The notes under the pieces are model-generated. The model searched no databases. It was not told the origin of the DNA and saw nothing but the letters and a program-made list of their open reading frames with translations. The translations under genes and the position numbers were made by a program. This document shows positions 63,195-64,000 of a DNA stretch of 64,000 nt, one piece after another (positions within the stretch are counted from its first letter, which is position 1; every line of letters starts with the position of its first letter). Source of the stretch: Escherichia coli (GTDB lineage: Bacteria; Pseudomonadota; Gammaproteobacteria; Enterobacterales; Enterobacteriaceae); the NCBI RefSeq assembly GCF_003018255.1, contig NZ_CP027440.1; one strand, given 5' to 3'.

Positions 63195-63595
63195 TTCGCC
63201 GTAATGTTAAGCGCAGAACCGATACATACAGCCTGACGATAGCAGCCTGGCGTACCGCTGGTGACTTCGCAGCTATGCAGTAATACCGCATTGGCTTTCA
63301 TTTTCGAGGCGTTGATTTGCATCCGCTTACGCGCGGTTGGAATGCTCGGCGGAGAGTCCTGATTAGAGGCCTGGCAAGAGTCGCCACTGACTTCACCGAG
63401 ATCGCGGAACGGTTTGCCGACTAATTCTTCTGCATTGGTATAAATTCGGACCGGCGTGGCGCGCGGCACTTTCGGTTTTGCAGACTCCGCTTTCGGCTGG
63501 GGTGCAGTGCTTTGAACGGGTTCGACAGGGGATCTGCTTAACATGGAACAGCCGCTTAGCATGAGTGCTACTAAACAGATCGGTAAAGCACGCAT
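63191..63595 (-). CDS. rcsF: Outer-membrane lipoprotein RcsF (Rcs phosphorelay sensor)
   Basis: ORF track 63191..63595 (-), 134 aa; lipobox LSGC, Pro-rich linker, four conserved Cys; 4-nt overlap with tsaA. Confidence 0.93.
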   Translation of the reverse strand: MRALPICLVALMLSGCSMLSRSPVEPVQSTAPQPKAESAKPKVPRATPVRIYTNAEELVGKPFRDLGEVSGDSCQASNQDSPPSIPTARKRMQINASKMKANAVLLHSCEVTSGTPGCYRQAVCIGSALNITAK

Positions 63596-63644
63596 AGTAT
63601 TTCCTCAATGTATGATCAAAACGTCAATATTGAATCAGGAGCTT

Positions 63645-63675
63645 GTAAAAATGACAAGACGGGCAAGCGCCCGTC
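63645..63675 (-). terminator. Intrinsic terminator after metQ (minus strand: gacgggc-gctt-gcccgtc + TTGTCATTTTT)
   Basis: Read from sequence between metQ stop (63713) and rcsF start (63595). Confidence 0.55.
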
Positions 63676-63712
63676 CTGAATGATATTACAAATTGTGGAA
63701 ACAGCCTAAAAA

Positions 63713-64000
63713 TTACCAGCCTTTAACAGCGCCGCCGTTAAACACTTTGTTTGCTGCTTCGTAAACTTCGTCAGACTGATAAGCCTGGACGAATTTCTTC
63801 ACGTTCTCGGCGTCTTTGTTATCTTCACGCGTTACGATCAGGTTTACGTACGGGGACTCTTTATCTTCGACAAAGATACCGTCTTTCGCCGGAGTCAGGC
63901 CAATCTGGCTGGCATAGGTGGTATTGATAACTGCCAGAGCGATTTGCGCGTCGTCCAGAGAACGCGGCAGCTGCGGTGCTTCCAGCTCAACAATTTTCAG
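63713..64000 (-). CDS. metQ: D-methionine ABC transporter substrate-binding lipoprotein, C-terminal 95 codons only; gene continues beyond window end
   Basis: Hand translation of minus strand: ...LKIVELEAPQLPRSLDDAQIALAVINTTYASQIGLTPAKDGIFVEDKESPYVNLIVTREDNKDAENVKKFVQAYQSDEVYEAANKVFNGGAVKGW*; stop TAA at 63713-63715. Confidence 0.9.
   Translation of the reverse strand: MKIVELEAPQLPRSLDDAQIALAVINTTYASQIGLTPAKDGIFVEDKESPYVNLIVTREDNKDAENVKKFVQAYQSDEVYEAANKVFNGGAVKGW

Overview
This 64-kb window is a colinear stretch of Escherichia coli-type core chromosome, matching the yadV-yadN ... rcsF-metQ region (about 3.4-4.7 min of the K-12 map). I assign 56 protein-coding genes, all to known families: the edge of the cryptic yad fimbrial operon, folK-pcnB-gluQ-dksA-sfsA-ligT, hrpB, mrcB, the fhuACDB ferrichrome system, hemL, clcA, erpA, yadS-btuF-mtn, dgt, degP, cdaR, yaeH-yaeI-dapD-glnD-map, the long co-oriented array rpsB-tsf-pyrH-frr-dxr-ispU-cdsA-rseP-bamA-skp-lpxD-fabZ-lpxA-lpxB-rnhB-dnaE-accA, then ldcC, yaeR, tilS, rof-yaeP, yaeQ-arfB, nlpE, yaeF, proS, tsaA-rcsF and the 3' end of metQ. 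Gene identities rest on reading the ORF-track translations against remembered protein sequences; no database search was run. I saw no tRNA or rRNA genes, CRISPR arrays, insertion sequences, integrases or prophage genes, and no cluster of unassigned ORFs. I therefore do not find a credible previously undescribed system here. The one locus that looks genuinely unusual is fhuA, which appears to be a divergent, mosaic allele of the phage and colicin receptor. Other points worth a second look are small regulatory or structural signals: a perfect 17-bp inverted repeat upstream of yadN, the non-AUG starts including the AUU start of pcnB, a consensus sigma-E promoter at degP, a Fur box at fhuA, and several intrinsic terminators. 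Hairpin and motif coordinates were read by eye and may be off by a few bases.
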